64,000 nucleotides of DNA from assembly GCA_964291285.2 (NCBI GenBank), contig OZ219788.1, forward strand, positions 448,001 to 512,000, given 5' to 3'. This document shows positions 61,746-64,000 of this stretch, one piece after another. Under the pieces are notes generated by a model. The model was not told where the DNA came from and did not search any database. It saw nothing but the letters and a program-made list of their open reading frames with translations. Positions within the stretch are counted from its first letter, which is position 1, and the number at the start of each line of letters is the position of its first letter. The position numbers and the translations under genes were made by a program. The DNA is from Alphaproteobacteria bacterium (lineage in GTDB: Bacteria > Pseudomonadota > Alphaproteobacteria > Bin95).

Positions 61746-62546
61746 TTATCGTTGGGTTCCGGCTGAAAGCGAAGCGCCGGCCTGCGACGAATGTCCCGGC
61801 CTCGCGAGCGTTCGGGCCGCCATCGCCGGGCGCCCGGTTTGCGTCCGTCTCGCCGCCCACAGCGATGCGGGCCGGCCGCGCTCCGGCCGCGCGCCTTGCC
61901 CGGCCTTCGGCGGGGGCTGCGGGGCTCGTTGCTCGAAGGCCCCGCTCTCGCGCACATGGCGCTGGAAATTGCCGGGATCGAGCGAAGCGTTCCAGACGAC
62001 CTCATAAACCCGTCTGAGTTGCCGGATCGTAAACTCCGGCGGACAGAACCCTGCGGCAAGCGCCGTGTGCTCCAGCCCGGAACGAATCCGCCCCAGGGCA
62101 TCCCTGACAATCCGCTCATGGTCGAAGGCGAGGCGGATGGCACCGCTCTCGATGCGCTCCACAGGCACAAGACGGGCCGCAGCAGCGTCCCCGCCACCGC
62201 GCGGGGCCGGCAGGCGGGCGCAAACCGCCCAATAGGCGACGGTAACGACCCGCATGCGCGGGTCCCGGTCCGGGGCGCCGTAGGCGGCCAGCTGCTCCAG
62301 GCGCCAGGCTCCTTCGATGAGTCCGGTCTCCTCCGCAAGTTCCCGGGCGGCGGCTTCCTCCAGATCCTCGTCCGGGCGCACGAAGCCGCCGGGCAAGGCC
62401 CAGGCCCCGGAATAGGGCTCTCCGCCCCGCTCGATCAGCAGCACCTGGAGCGCGTCGTCCCTGACGGTGAACAACGCGATGTCCGCCGTGACAGCGAACG
62501 GCGGGAATGACCTTGCGTCGTATCGGGATGAAGCTTCGGAAACCAT
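61746..62546 (-). CDS. nrtR: NrtR-like Nudix + winged-helix regulator
   Basis: WALPGGF..E....AAARELAEETG, PDRDPRMRVV, LAFDH, FTIRQLRRVYE, NFQR, GRPA. Confidence 0.88.
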   Translation of the reverse strand: MVSEASSRYDARSFPPFAVTADIALFTVRDDALQVLLIERGGEPYSGAWALPGGFVRPDEDLEEAAARELAEETGLIEGAWRLEQLAAYGAPDRDPRMRVVTVAYWAVCARLPAPRGGGDAAAARLVPVERIESGAIRLAFDHERIVRDALGRIRSGLEHTALAAGFCPPEFTIRQLRRVYEVVWNASLDPGNFQRHVRESGAFEQRAPQPPPKAGQGARPERGRPASLWAARRTQTGRPAMAARTLARPGHSSQAGASLSAGTQR

Positions 62547-62558
62547 CTCTCCAAAATA

Positions 62559-62608
62559 AATTGTTGATTTGACAATATCAAGCACCATATATTGTCTGAA
62601 CAACAATT
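62559..62608. promoter_or_regulatory. Two NrtR-type operators in the divergent promoter
   Basis: attGTtgatttgACaat and attGTctgaacaACaat both fit the GT-N7-AC core. Confidence 0.7.
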
Positions 62609-62727
62609 AAAAGCGGTGGCCCGGCTTCGATGAATGAAATCGTGCTCGTTCTCAACTTCCTTTCCTTTGCGCTCTCCGGAGCGTTCCTCCTCTACGTCGT
62701 TCTGGCGAGCCTGTGATGGAGACATGC

Positions 62728-63687
62728 ATGACAGTCCTGAACCTGGACGCCGCCGCCGTGGGCGCGCCGATCACGCGGCTCGGCATATCGTTCTTCCCGG
62801 TCTACGCGCCGGGCAACCGGCTGCCGGCGATCGCCACCGGCGAATCCTCCGGGCTGCTGGTGGACGAACTCGACACCGCGTCGGTGGAAGCGTTGCGGGC
62901 GACCAATCCCACTGACAAGCCGGCGCTGGTCGTCGAGGGGGAGCACTTTCTGGGCGGCCTGCAGAACCGCGCGGTCAACGCCACCGTGCTGGTGGCCGCC
63001 ATGTCGAAAGTGGAAATCCCGGTATCGTGCGTGGAGCAGGGACGCTGGGGACGCCGCCAGGCATGGCGGCGCGCCGAGGAGTTTGCGCCGCCCCGCATTC
63101 GGGCGGCACAGCACGCGGGTGTCGTCCGGTCCCTGCGGCGGGACGGTTCGCGCGAGGGCGACCAGGGCGGCGTCTGGCAGGAAGTCGATGCGATGCTGGA
63201 GGAGGAAGGTGTCGTATCAAACACGGTGGCGGCATCGGACCTGAAGCAGGCATACCGGCGGGAATCGTCTCGCGCGGAAGCCGTCGAGGAACTCGTCGCA
63301 GGCGGTCCGCTGCCGGGCCAGTGCGGAATCGTCGTTGCCCACGGCGGCCGGGTGACGGGGATGGACCTGTTCGGCGCGCCGCACCTGCTCTCGGCCCACT
63401 GGGGGCGGCTGGTGCGCTCGCATTATGTCGAACCGGCGCTGGTGGGAGGGCGGCCGTCCCTGGACCGTGTCCTGTCGCTCATCCGGCGTTTCGGACGGGC
63501 ACCTGCGCGGGAAATGCCGGGCGTGGGCCTTGGCGTCGAATATCGCATCCACGCCGGCAGGCTGGCCGGGCAGGTGCTGGCGCTGTACGGTGCGGTGGTC
63601 CATGCGGCCTTCTCGCGGGACGCTCGCAAAGAACAAACCGATCATGGTCGAAAGGGAAGGAACTGTCATGGTTGCTGTCATGGTTGA
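62728..63687 (+). CDS. ARPP-1 (DUF6569) family protein
   Basis: EGEHFLGGLQNR, IPVSCVEQGRW, DQGGVW, GQCGIV, DLF. Confidence 0.75.
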   Translation: MTVLNLDAAAVGAPITRLGISFFPVYAPGNRLPAIATGESSGLLVDELDTASVEALRATNPTDKPALVVEGEHFLGGLQNRAVNATVLVAAMSKVEIPVSCVEQGRWGRRQAWRRAEEFAPPRIRAAQHAGVVRSLRRDGSREGDQGGVWQEVDAMLEEEGVVSNTVAASDLKQAYRRESSRAEAVEELVAGGPLPGQCGIVVAHGGRVTGMDLFGAPHLLSAHWGRLVRSHYVEPALVGGRPSLDRVLSLIRRFGRAPAREMPGVGLGVEYRIHAGRLAGQVLALYGAVVHAAFSRDARKEQTDHGRKGRNCHGCCHG

Positions 63688-64000
63688 CACGAATCGCGCG
63701 CGAGGGCTGATGGCCGGGATCGCGGTGGGAAACCTGCTGGGAATCGCAATGGAAGGGTGGCCGCGGCAGCGCATCGCCCGGGAGTACCCGGCAGGTGTTC
63801 GGGAGATCGCCGCGAAACCGGGATATCCCGACGACGACGATCTGGCGCAGGCCATCGAAATCGCCGACGCGGCAACGGCCGACGGGGGACTGGATGTAGA
63901 CGACCTGGGCAGGCGCTTCTGGGCGTGGGCCGAAACGAACGGCGCGGGCATGGGCGGCCTGACCGGGGACGTGCTGGCATTGTACGGCGGCAGCTATCCC
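63668..64000 (+). CDS. ADP-ribosylglycohydrolase family protein (runs off window)
   Basis: RARGLMAGIAVGNLLG..E, PDDDDLAQ, FWAW, GMGGLT. Confidence 0.8.
   Translation, partial: MVAVMVDTNRARGLMAGIAVGNLLGIAMEGWPRQRIAREYPAGVREIAAKPGYPDDDDLAQAIEIADAATADGGLDVDDLGRRFWAWAETNGAGMGGLTGDVLALYGGSYP

Overview
High-GC bacterial accessory region, probably alphaproteobacterial (inferred from the element backbone), heavily colonised by insertion sequences. (1) 1-8.5 kb: a wrecked NHLP-type peptide export locus; the second ABC transporter is split by an IS66 and then fused to the tail of an AAA ATPase. (2) Two intact and one decayed IS66-family elements, each carrying a DUF4338 (DruA-like) passenger gene. (3) 14.3-38.3 kb: a co-oriented minus-strand ICE/plasmid-type backbone with tandem tyrosine integrases, SLOG proteins, toprim primase, SSB, methylase-strawberry-notch helicase, SRAP, RadC, GHKL ATPase, ParB and an AAA/DUF3150-like/vWA module. 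No T4SS or relaxase is seen. (4) 39.8-49.4 kb: a lower-GC defence island with an ABC-ATPase-TOPRIM (OLD-like) nuclease, a disrupted RHH/restriction-like operon, and the best candidate novel system: a metallo-beta-lactamase-fold gene overlapping a 1166-aa E2-E1-JAB-patatin fusion. (5) 49.4-55.3 kb: nested IS1634/IS21/IS630/IS66/IS5 debris. (6) An RTX Ca-binding protein with a 27-bp tandem repeat. (7) Three tandem RHH/MobC-like genes and an NrtR-controlled ARPP-1 + ADP-ribosylglycohydrolase operon. A 202-bp non-coding element occurs three times. Family calls come from motif recognition by eye; no database search was run.
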